A DNA stretch of 58,885 nucleotides, the filler included. It is 2 parts of 2 records of this genome, joined end to end, with 100 filler letters (N's around TTAATTAATTAA, not from the genome) between each part and the next. Parts side by side here need not be neighbours in the genome. Positions count along the whole stretch, not along the records: positions 30,402 to 58,885 come from SRR31156797_8699; 1 more part is not named here. One strand, written 5' to 3'. Numbering within the stretch: position 1 is the stretch's first letter; every line of letters starts with the position of its first letter. The position numbers and the translations under genes were made by a program. The notes beneath the pieces were generated by a model, which saw nothing but the letters and a program-made list of their open reading frames with translations, was not told the DNA's origin and ran no database searches. Positions 39,930 to 48,319 of this stretch are shown in pieces.

Positions 39930-41069
39930 ATGGCAGCTGTCAGGCCACAAACTAAAACATTTCTTAAGGGTCAAGTTATTTTCCGGGAAGGAGAGAAGGG
40001 GCATGTTGCCTACATGATCCAGTCCGGTTCTGTAAATATTGTTAAAAATATTAAAGGAAAAAGACAGATCCTTGCTACCTTGGGGCCGGGAGAGCTTTTT
40101 GGTGAAATGGCTATCATTTCGAAATGTGAAAGGGTTGCCGGAGCAGAAGCTGGTACAGAGTGCGTTCTTCTGGAATTAACCGCACGGTTGATTCTTTTGC
40201 TGCTTAAGAAAAGTCATCCTACCGTGTTCCACTTAACCAGAGTGCTGGCTTCACGTCTTGCCCGTGCCGACCGCGCAGTATCTGAAAGTCGCAGTGATAA
40301 TTCGTGGCTTACTTTTTGTCGATTGCTGCATATGAAACACCGTATTTTTGAGATTGCTCCCAAAAGTGAGGATGCGCCTATCGGGATTACCCTTGAAGAT
40401 TTATCCCGGGAATTTTCCGAAATTACAAACGCTACGCAACATGAGATTGACCGTCACCTTAAGTCTGCAATCGGTTTTAATATGGTTTCGGTTAACAAAA
40501 TAGCTTCACAAAGTTATCTATCTATCAACAATCCTGACGATTTTTTGGAAATAGCCAAGAATCTTTCAGAGGATATCAATAAGTTCAGCGGTAAGGTTTT
40601 TCTTTCAGATTTTGTGGACATTTATGATTTTTCATCCATTGTCGATTCCAACCCTGAGATGATCTATAAAAAAATAGGGGTCCGAGACTTTCCGGAAGAT
40701 ATCTGCATGTTGCATAAGGAAGCAACTTCCAAATGGGTCGAGAAGAAAGGAGCGCAATATTTCAAGGAAGTTAAGCGTAAGCGCAAGTCCATTGATGAGC
40801 TTGAAGGCGTTGAAGATATCGTCTTTGTAGATATCGGAACTTTGAAATTGGTTTTCCGCCAGCTTGGCTATTATAAGCTGGGTATCCTACTGGCAATTGC
40901 CGGGGATGAAGCGAAAAAACGTATTCTGGCAGCCATTTCGACAAAGATTGCCGCAGCCATTACCCGGGATTCTCGCTCTTCTGATGCCATTGACCAGAGC
41001 GAAGCCGATGATGTGGAAGAAGAACTCATTGATATGATCAGGGAGATCAAGTCTTCTAAAAAAGAATAA
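39930..41069 (+). CDS. Cyclic-nucleotide-binding protein with HTH-like middle region and FliG-C-like C-terminus (paralog 2)
   Basis: IFREGE, YMIQSGSV, FGEMAII...RVAGA; colinear with paralog 1; C-terminal EDIVFVD...KRILAAISTKIAAAI...LIDMIREI. Confidence 0.85.
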   Translation: MAAVRPQTKTFLKGQVIFREGEKGHVAYMIQSGSVNIVKNIKGKRQILATLGPGELFGEMAIISKCERVAGAEAGTECVLLELTARLILLLLKKSHPTVFHLTRVLASRLARADRAVSESRSDNSWLTFCRLLHMKHRIFEIAPKSEDAPIGITLEDLSREFSEITNATQHEIDRHLKSAIGFNMVSVNKIASQSYLSINNPDDFLEIAKNLSEDINKFSGKVFLSDFVDIYDFSSIVDSNPEMIYKKIGVRDFPEDICMLHKEATSKWVEKKGAQYFKEVKRKRKSIDELEGVEDIVFVDIGTLKLVFRQLGYYKLGILLAIAGDEAKKRILAAISTKIAAAITRDSRSSDAIDQSEADDVEEELIDMIREIKSSKKE

Positions 41070-41174
41070 TGTTGCACATCGCGCTGGCTTTGGTTAATAA
41101 TATAATTAAGCTAAAGTATTAATAAAAACAGGGTTAACCTTGTCAACCAGCCTTAGAACATGGGATAGTGCAGC

Positions 41175-42098
41175 ATGATTACACGAATTACCATTATCAG
41201 CGGTAAGGACCCCAGTCCTCTCCCCAAGACTAATCCGGAAAATCTTTTTCAGGCCCATCCCCTCTGGGCGCGTGATATTGAAACTTTCGGTCCTTGGAAC
41301 AGCGAGGATGCAGAGTACAGGACTTATTCAACATGGATATCCGGTTCACGGACCGGGGTTCCTGTTGCGGTTTGCGGCTCTTGTGTTTCCAGTCTTGATG
41401 TTGCTTGGCGACTGAATGCCCTTGAGGATCTTGCGGAATGGGGAAGCGTACTGGCTGTTGAACAAAATACCGGACGCGGACAAGTTCGCCGCGAATGGAT
41501 TTCTCCTCCCGGAAATGTATACGGCACCATCAAGTGGCCTGCACTGCCGGAAGTAAAGCCCGGTGAAGTCCGGCCTGTCTGGAACCGTATTCTCCCTCTT
41601 ATTGTCGGCTATCTGACCTGTAATGCTCTGCGTGATCTTGGTGTGGACGCCCAGCTTAAGTGGCCTAACGATATTTTGATCGACGGGAAGAAGGCTGGTG
41701 GTATACTTATCGAAGAGCGCGGAAACGCAACTATGGTCGGCATTGGCTTGAATCTGTCTTATGCACCTGCTCGCGAATTGCTTCGGGTTGACCATGCTGT
41801 GCCCGCCGGACAGCTGAATACTGATACAATGCAGCTTGGACCTTTGGAAACTTGGGTTGAATTAATCAAGTATTTCAGGGGTAATTTTGATCAGGTTATT
41901 TCCATGAAGAATACCGATGATTTTCTTTATGAACTTCAAGACCGTCTGGTCTGGTTCGGTGAGGAAGTGAAGATTGTTGATGGTCCGGAAGGAGTAGAAC
42001 GTGGTGTTATTTGCGGCTTACGGTCCGATGGCGGACTTGTCGTTGATCACAATGGTGAGCAACACGAGATTTATTCCGGCTCGGTAATGCCTTTATAA
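41175..42098 (+). CDS. birA: Biotin-protein ligase
   Basis: QNTGRGQVRREWISPPG, KWPNDILIDGKKAGGILIE, VGIGLN; no obvious N-terminal HTH. Confidence 0.93.
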   Translation: MITRITIISGKDPSPLPKTNPENLFQAHPLWARDIETFGPWNSEDAEYRTYSTWISGSRTGVPVAVCGSCVSSLDVAWRLNALEDLAEWGSVLAVEQNTGRGQVRREWISPPGNVYGTIKWPALPEVKPGEVRPVWNRILPLIVGYLTCNALRDLGVDAQLKWPNDILIDGKKAGGILIEERGNATMVGIGLNLSYAPARELLRVDHAVPAGQLNTDTMQLGPLETWVELIKYFRGNFDQVISMKNTDDFLYELQDRLVWFGEEVKIVDGPEGVERGVICGLRSDGGLVVDHNGEQHEIYSGSVMPL

Positions 42099-42400
42099 TG
42101 CAGCTAGATACTGTTTTTGCTTGACATACGGGCTTTGCTGGGGAATTTGTTTTCTGTTGCCGGGTGAACTGAAGGGAAGCTTTTCATCCGATCACAGCAA
42201 CCCCGGAATGCAGCGGAGTTCTTCCGTTTGCGCCCGAATCAGTATCATTTATTGTCAGCGCCCTTGTCTTTTTGCAAAGCAGGGTGCTATGTCTGTTTAT
42301 ATTCTGTTAATTTCTTTTCGATTACTGATTATCTTATTTACCCGGATTTTATAGAAAAAATCCAAGAGCATATCTTTTAATGATGTGTAAGGAGGAAGTG

Positions 42401-45400
42401 ATGGCTGGTAAGACGGAAGAAGCAGTTTCCGCGAAAAATGCGGGAACAGCAGCTCCCAAGAAGTCTCAGGCTAAAAAACAGCTTGAAAAGAAGCTGATTC
42501 TAACCGGTGCCGATATCGTTAAAATCGGTGAAGATGCAGAACTTCTGGTCGGCGGAAAGAACTACAATACCGCATTGATCAGTCAGGTTGAAGGCATCAG
42601 ATCTCCCCAGTTCAGGGCTGTTTCATCTATTGCATTCCATACGCTGCTGGATGAAACCAAAGTCAACGCAAGTGTTGTCAGGGCTGTTGTAGACAGTGAA
42701 TATAACGCAGTGGACTGGAGCAGTGAAGAAGTTAACAGTGACAGTGAATTTTTACAGAAGTTTGTCCGTTCCATCGCTCAGGTAATTAAGAAAGAAGCGG
42801 GCAAGCATACTGAAACTCAGATTCAGCTACGTACTTTTATTAATAACGTTGTTGAAGGGTTTGCAACCTCTCCTGAAGGAATCGACCAGTTACGCAAAAG
42901 ATCAGTGCTTGTTCAGAGTGCTATTCTTTCAGTGGTACTGCCTAAGGACGTCGAAACTGCAGTCAGGGAAGCTTATCTCTCAATCTGCAAAGATGCAGGG
43001 CTTGAGAATGAGCCAGTGGCTGTACGTTCCTCCGCAGCCGGTGAGGACAGCCGTAAGAAGGCTTTTGCCGGACTTCAGGATACCTACCTTAATATTGTCG
43101 GCGAAGACCAGTGCGCCGAAGCATATCATTGGGACTGCGCATCTGCTTATAACCTGCGCAGTATGACTTATCGCCGTGAAGCCATTCTTGATGCCGTTAC
43201 CTTGGCCGAGAATACCGGCGACGCTTCTATTGCTGAAGATGCCAAGAAAGAGTGGGCTATTGAGAATACCTCCCTTTCTGTATGCATCATGCGTATGATC
43301 AACCCGGTGATTTCCGGTACCGCATTCAGTGCAGATACTGCTACCGGTTGCCGTGGGACTGATCGTAAGGATCTTGTTTCCATTGATGCCAGTTATGGTC
43401 TCGGCGAAGCAGTTGTTGGTGGTATGGTCACCCCGGATAAATTCTACGTATTCCAGCGTGATGACGGTTCTGAAGTTGTTGTCCGTAACATGGGTAGCAA
43501 GGATAAGAAGATCGTTTACAGCGAAAAAGGCGGAACCAAAGTTGAAAAGGTTCAGCCTGGTGCTGTTTATCGCTGGGCTTTGTCCCTTGCTCAGGCTGAA
43601 GAAGTAGCCAAGGGCGTGCGTTCCATCAGTGAGGCATACGGCGGTATGATTATGGATACCGAATTCTGCCTTGATGCGGCTGACCGTCTCTGGTTTGTTC
43701 AGGCCCGTCCTGAAACCCGCTGGAACGAGGAGTTCGAGCAGCATCCCGATTCCATATTCATGCGCAGGCTTGAGGTTGACCCCAAAGAGCTTGAAGAAGC
43801 TGAAGTCGTACTTGAGGGTAACGGTGCATCACGCGGAGCAGGACAGGGAACAGTTAAATACCTCCGTTCAGCTCTTGAGCTTAATAAAATCCATAAAGGC
43901 GATATTCTCGCGGCTGAACGTACCGACCCGGATATGGTTCCGGGCATGCGTATTGCCTCCGGTATTCTTGCCGATGTGGGTGGAGATACCAGCCATGCCG
44001 CGATCACTTCTCGTGAGCTCGGAATTCCGGCAATTATCGGAATCCAGAGACTAGAAGTTCTGCGCTCTCTTGAAGGGCAGGAAATTACTGTTGATGGTTC
44101 CCGTGGTAAGGTCTACCGCGGCGCACTGCCTCTCATCGAGGTGGGCGGAACCATCAATGTGGCTGAACTTCCGGCTACCAAGACCAAGGTTGGTTTGATT
44201 CTCGCTGACGTGGGGCAGTCTCTGTTTCTTTCCCGTCTGAGAGAAGTGCCTGATTTTGAGGTCGGTCTGTTGCGTGCTGAGTTCATGCTCGGTAACGTGG
44301 GTGTGCATCCGCTGGCCCTTGAAGCATATGACAACGGCACTCTTGATAGGTTGGTTCAGGATAAGCTTGATGAGCTGGATGGAAAACTGACCACAGTTAT
44401 GAAAACCCAACTCGATTCCGGCCTTATTACTCTGAATATTAATCTCAGGGAATATATTGGTGCGTTGACCGGTCTGACCGAAGAAATGGATTCGATGGCC
44501 AACGCCAATACCGCCCGCGGTACTGAAGAGGTTTTGGCCATGCACCGCAAGCTGCGTGAGCTGGACAAAAAACTCGATTATTACCTCGAGCATGCCACTG
44601 AAAGCCTCTACACCCTGAAAACTTCCGTGGACATTGAAGAGCATCTTCGCGGTGTTCTCGGTATTCACGCCGGGGAGCATGCTGATTCCAAGTTCATCTA
44701 CAAACGTACTGAATCCCTTGATGAACTGCCGGAGATGCTTGTTAAGGCCAAAGATAACCCCGTGGTTCTCGAATACATTGAACAGATCAAAGCACTGCGT
44801 GAAGAAGTGGCTCTCAAAATGGGCCTTAAGTCCGAGATGGATGAAGTCACCACTCTTCGCCAGCGCATTACCGATATCATTAAATCCCGAGGTCTGAGAA
44901 CTGGTAAGGAAAACTATATCCAGACATTGTCTCAGGGCTTGGCTCTGTTTGCCATGGCTTTTTATGGCAAGGATATTGTTTACAGAACCACCGACTTTAA
45001 GACCAACGAATACCATAACCTGCTTGGCGGTCTGCTCTTCGAGCATTTTGAGGACAACCCCATGCTTGGGTATCGCGGTGTTTCCAGAAATATCCATGAC
45101 TGGGAGTTGGAAGCCTTCAAACTGTCCCGTGGTGTTTTCGGCGGTAAGAACCTTCATATCATGCTGCCTTTCGTACGCACTATTGAAGAAGCGCGCAGCA
45201 TGAAGCGTTATCTCTCACAGGTTCATAATCTTGATTCCGGCAAGGACGGTCTGAAGCTGATCCTCATGGCCGAAATTCCCAGTAACGCCGTACTCAGCAA
45301 GGAATTTATCAAGGAAGTCGACGGATTCTCCATCGGTTCCAACGATATGACCCAGCTGGTGCTCGGTACTGACCGTGATAACCCCAGTCTGCAGCATATC

Positions 45401-45979
45401 TATGACGAAGAAGATCCGGCTGTCGTCTGGGCTATCCTTTCCGCAATCTTTACTGGACAGAAGTTCAGCAAGAAGATCGGTTTCTGCGGACAGGGTGTAT
45501 CCAACAGTGTTATCCTGCGCGGCGTAGTCTGCATTGCCGGGATTGTCTCCGCATCTGTCGTACCTGACACATACCTGCAGACCAAACTTGATATGGCGGC
45601 GGTTGAAGCGGAAAATATCAAGGTTAGCGAACTGGGACAGTGGATCAGGGCCCGTCATTTCGAACGTCTTGCTAAGCTCATGGAAGAAAATGGTTACAGC
45701 CATATCATCAAAAAGTACAAGACCCCCGAAGACCTCGAGGACTGGTATGAAGGTGAGATAAGAAGGCTTAACGAACAGCTCCGTGATAACATGGATTCTC
45801 CTAGAGAATCCTTTATCAGGCAAGAGATGGATACCTTCCGCGGAACTTTCCACAAGCCGGTTATCTATTCTGCGTGGGATTGGAACCAGACTGTTGAGGA
45901 TGCTATGCATCATGCAGGTTTTGCCACTTTTGAAGAACAAGAAGCAGCTCTTGAGGAGCAGCGCAAGAAGCAGTGGTAA
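42401..45979 (+). CDS. ppsA: Phosphoenolpyruvate synthase (pyruvate, water dikinase), long form
   Basis: VGGK, AVRSSA..ED...FAG, GLGEAVV, QARPET, TSHAAITSRELGIP, LLRAEF, NPMLGYRG, SIGSNDMTQ, FCGQ; RBS AAGGAGG. Confidence 0.93.
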   Translation: MAGKTEEAVSAKNAGTAAPKKSQAKKQLEKKLILTGADIVKIGEDAELLVGGKNYNTALISQVEGIRSPQFRAVSSIAFHTLLDETKVNASVVRAVVDSEYNAVDWSSEEVNSDSEFLQKFVRSIAQVIKKEAGKHTETQIQLRTFINNVVEGFATSPEGIDQLRKRSVLVQSAILSVVLPKDVETAVREAYLSICKDAGLENEPVAVRSSAAGEDSRKKAFAGLQDTYLNIVGEDQCAEAYHWDCASAYNLRSMTYRREAILDAVTLAENTGDASIAEDAKKEWAIENTSLSVCIMRMINPVISGTAFSADTATGCRGTDRKDLVSIDASYGLGEAVVGGMVTPDKFYVFQRDDGSEVVVRNMGSKDKKIVYSEKGGTKVEKVQPGAVYRWALSLAQAEEVAKGVRSISEAYGGMIMDTEFCLDAADRLWFVQARPETRWNEEFEQHPDSIFMRRLEVDPKELEEAEVVLEGNGASRGAGQGTVKYLRSALELNKIHKGDILAAERTDPDMVPGMRIASGILADVGGDTSHAAITSRELGIPAIIGIQRLEVLRSLEGQEITVDGSRGKVYRGALPLIEVGGTINVAELPATKTKVGLILADVGQSLFLSRLREVPDFEVGLLRAEFMLGNVGVHPLALEAYDNGTLDRLVQDKLDELDGKLTTVMKTQLDSGLITLNINLREYIGALTGLTEEMDSMANANTARGTEEVLAMHRKLRELDKKLDYYLEHATESLYTLKTSVDIEEHLRGVLGIHAGEHADSKFIYKRTESLDELPEMLVKAKDNPVVLEYIEQIKALREEVALKMGLKSEMDEVTTLRQRITDIIKSRGLRTGKENYIQTLSQGLALFAMAFYGKDIVYRTTDFKTNEYHNLLGGLLFEHFEDNPMLGYRGVSRNIHDWELEAFKLSRGVFGGKNLHIMLPFVRTIEEARSMKRYLSQVHNLDSGKDGLKLILMAEIPSNAVLSKEFIKEVDGFSIGSNDMTQLVLGTDRDNPSLQHIYDEEDPAVVWAILSAIFTGQKFSKKIGFCGQGVSNSVILRGVVCIAGIVSASVVPDTYLQTKLDMAAVEAENIKVSELGQWIRARHFERLAKLMEENGYSHIIKKYKTPEDLEDWYEGEIRRLNEQLRDNMDSPRESFIRQEMDTFRGTFHKPVIYSAWDWNQTVEDAMHHAGFATFEEQEAALEEQRKKQW

Positions 45980-46002
45980 TTATCCTTTAAAGAATAATTA
46001 TG

Positions 46003-46032
46003 AAAAGCCGTCCCTTTTGGGGCGGCTTTTTT
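46003..46032 (+). terminator. Intrinsic terminator of ppsA
   Basis: AAAAGCCGTCCC-TTTT-GGGGCGGCTTTTTT. Confidence 0.85.
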
Positions 46033-46133
46033 GGTTATAATTCTGCTCAGAACCCTTTATTAGTCTTGTAAACAGGCGCATAGTCTTGACAGAGAACTGG
46101 AGCAGGGGCATATATTTATGAACAGGAGATAAA

Positions 46134-46574
46134 ATGATTAAATCTAAAAGATTTGTAAAAATATTGCTTATCGCAGTGGCCTTGTCTTCAATGCTGCTTG
46201 GCGGTTGCTCCCTTAATTCCGCTAACTATGTCGGAAATGAAGAAAATTATTCAGATCGTGCTCCGCGGAAATTGGGTCGGGGTATGACCAATATTTTGAG
46301 CGCTCCGTTGGAGATTCCTAACCAAGCTATTGATCTTGCTGCTGAAAATGATGAGCCAGCTGAACAGGCTGCCGGATATGTGGGCGGCTTGTTTGTCGGT
46401 TTTGCATATGCTGGCGGACGAGTGGTTTCCGGTGTGTATGATATTGTCACTTCACCTTTCGGTGGACCTTCTGTCCCCACAATGGACCCGGATCTGGTTC
46501 ATTCTGACTTTTGTGAGAAAGTAGATGAGAGAACGGATTCTTTTGATGATGTCTGGAATATTGGAGCTGACTAG
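46134..46574 (+). CDS. Lipoprotein resembling the TIGR04073 (exosortase system-associated) family
   Basis: Lipobox LGG-C; RKLGRGMTNILSAPLEIP and GRVVSGVYDIVTSPF motifs. Confidence 0.6.
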   Translation: MIKSKRFVKILLIAVALSSMLLGGCSLNSANYVGNEENYSDRAPRKLGRGMTNILSAPLEIPNQAIDLAAENDEPAEQAAGYVGGLFVGFAYAGGRVVSGVYDIVTSPFGGPSVPTMDPDLVHSDFCEKVDERTDSFDDVWNIGAD

Positions 46575-46604
46575 GCTCGTCTCTGTCTAAAAAAATTATA
46601 TTAC

Positions 46605-46637
46605 AACCTCCACAGCATGATTGCATGGAGGTTTTTT
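46605..46637 (+). terminator. Intrinsic terminator
   Basis: AACCTCCA...TGGAGGTT stem followed by a T tract. Confidence 0.6.
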
Positions 46638-46663
46638 CTTGAACTGCTGCTGAAGAGGATTTT

Positions 46664-47488
46664 ATGCTAAAAAGAATTGCATTTGCGCTTTGCTTAGTTG
46701 TGATGGTTTCTGGTTGTGTGAATAAGCAGATGCTTAAGGATCAGGTTGCTGAAGTTATACGTGATAATCCCCAAATTGTTCTTGAAGCTATGCGTGAAAA
46801 CAGTGTGGATATGCTGGCTATTGTTGAGCAGGGAATTGACCAGCGTGAGAAGCTTAAGCGTGAAGCTATGCTGGCAGCAGAAATTGAAAATCCCTTTAAT
46901 CCCCGTATTTGGGCCGAAAGACCCATGCGCGGTAATCCTGATGCTCCGGTAACTATCGTTGAATACACTGATTTTCTTTGCCCTTATTGCAGCAAGGGAG
47001 CAAAGGTTGTGAGCAAGCTTGCTGCTGAACAGCCCGAGAAATACAGGCTTGTTTTCAAACACCTGCCCATGCATCAGAGTTCACGTGAGCTTGCTCTCGT
47101 TTTTGAGGCAATTGCACAGTTTGATAAGGATAAGGCATACAAATTTCATGATCTTGCATTTGAGCACCAGAAGGAACTTTATGAAGATAAAGAAGGTGTT
47201 GTTTTAGGTAAGATTCTGGCAGAAGTTGGAGTTAATCCTGAGCAACTTCAAAAGAACCTTAGCTCCCCTCAGTTGCAGGAATTTTTGCTGGCTGATGAAA
47301 AAGAAGCCGCTGCGTTTAGAATTGATGCAACACCTACATTCCTTGTTAACGGTGTTTCCGTTCGCGGATATCTGCCTATGGATAGATTTGAGCAAATGGT
47401 TAATATGATCATGGAAAAATCTGCCAAAATAGTTCCGGCGGAAACACCTGAAGGTGAAGTCTGCGAAGATTGTCTTAACCAGATGTAA
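46664..47488 (+). CDS. DsbA-family thioredoxin-fold lipoprotein
   Basis: Lipobox VSG-C; GNPDAPVTIVEYTDFLCPYC; cis-Pro motif ATPTF. Confidence 0.9.
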   Translation: MLKRIAFALCLVVMVSGCVNKQMLKDQVAEVIRDNPQIVLEAMRENSVDMLAIVEQGIDQREKLKREAMLAAEIENPFNPRIWAERPMRGNPDAPVTIVEYTDFLCPYCSKGAKVVSKLAAEQPEKYRLVFKHLPMHQSSRELALVFEAIAQFDKDKAYKFHDLAFEHQKELYEDKEGVVLGKILAEVGVNPEQLQKNLSSPQLQEFLLADEKEAAAFRIDATPTFLVNGVSVRGYLPMDRFEQMVNMIMEKSAKIVPAETPEGEVCEDCLNQM

Positions 47489-47498
47489 GCGGTGTAGT

Positions 47499-48233
47499 AT
47501 GAGAGATGTTAACAATATTCCTGAACCGCCTGCGGATTTGCATATTTGCTTTGGTGGAGGAAATTTTCGCAATGTAGGAAACAAAATGGTCGGCTTGTGC
47601 CGGGATAAGCTGAACCTTCAACCTGATGAAAAAGTGCTTGATATCGGGTGTGGAATCGGGAGGCTTGCCTTTCCTTTGCTTGAATATCTTTCCGAAGAAG
47701 GGGGCTATGAGGGGTTTGATACCTTTCCAGTAGGTATAAAATGGTGCACGGAGAATATTACCCCTGAATTTCCTAATTTTAGGTTTCAACTGGTTGATAT
47801 ATTTAATTCAACATACAACCCTTACGCCCAGAGCAAAGCAGCTGATTTTATTTTTCCATACGATGATAGCAGTTTTGATCTGATCATGCTCAACTCCGTG
47901 TTTACTCACATGATGCCGGAAGACATAATGAACTACATCAAGGAAATGGATCGCGTTCTTACTGATAAAGGACGTATCTTTGCTACTTTCTTTCTGGTTA
48001 ATGAAGAATCCAATGCACTGATGGAGCAGGGTAAGAGCACGCATGATTTTTTCAAATACGGTGTTTTTTATACAGCTGATCCTAAAGATCCCATGGATGC
48101 TGTGGGCTATGACGAGAAGTTTGCTTTAAACATGTTTGAGCAGCGCGGGTTTAAGATTAGAGAAATACTATTTGGTGATTGGTGCGGGCGTAAGGCCACG
48201 AACCATCAGGATATCGTATTGATTACCCGTTAA
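47499..48233 (+). CDS. Class I SAM-dependent methyltransferase
   Basis: VLDIGCGIGR, FDLIMLNSVFTHM; ATG at 47499 after the dsbA stop. Confidence 0.88.
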   Translation: MRDVNNIPEPPADLHICFGGGNFRNVGNKMVGLCRDKLNLQPDEKVLDIGCGIGRLAFPLLEYLSEEGGYEGFDTFPVGIKWCTENITPEFPNFRFQLVDIFNSTYNPYAQSKAADFIFPYDDSSFDLIMLNSVFTHMMPEDIMNYIKEMDRVLTDKGRIFATFFLVNEESNALMEQGKSTHDFFKYGVFYTADPKDPMDAVGYDEKFALNMFEQRGFKIREILFGDWCGRKATNHQDIVLITR

Positions 48234-48256
48234 GTATTGTTCATTTGTACTAAATG

Positions 48257-48300
48257 AAAAAGCTGGAGTTTACGGCACAAGACGCCAACTCCAGCTTTTT
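48257..48300. terminator. Bidirectional terminator
   Basis: AAAAAGCTGGAGTT/AACTCCAGCTTTTT perfect 14-bp stem between convergent genes. Confidence 0.85.
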
Positions 48301-48319
48301 ATTCTTTATGGTTTGGATT

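Noticed and set aside
42980-45940. Long minus-strand ORFs (254, 368 and 241 aa) opposite ppsA
   Set aside because: Antisense in-register shadows of ppsA; no recognisable domains
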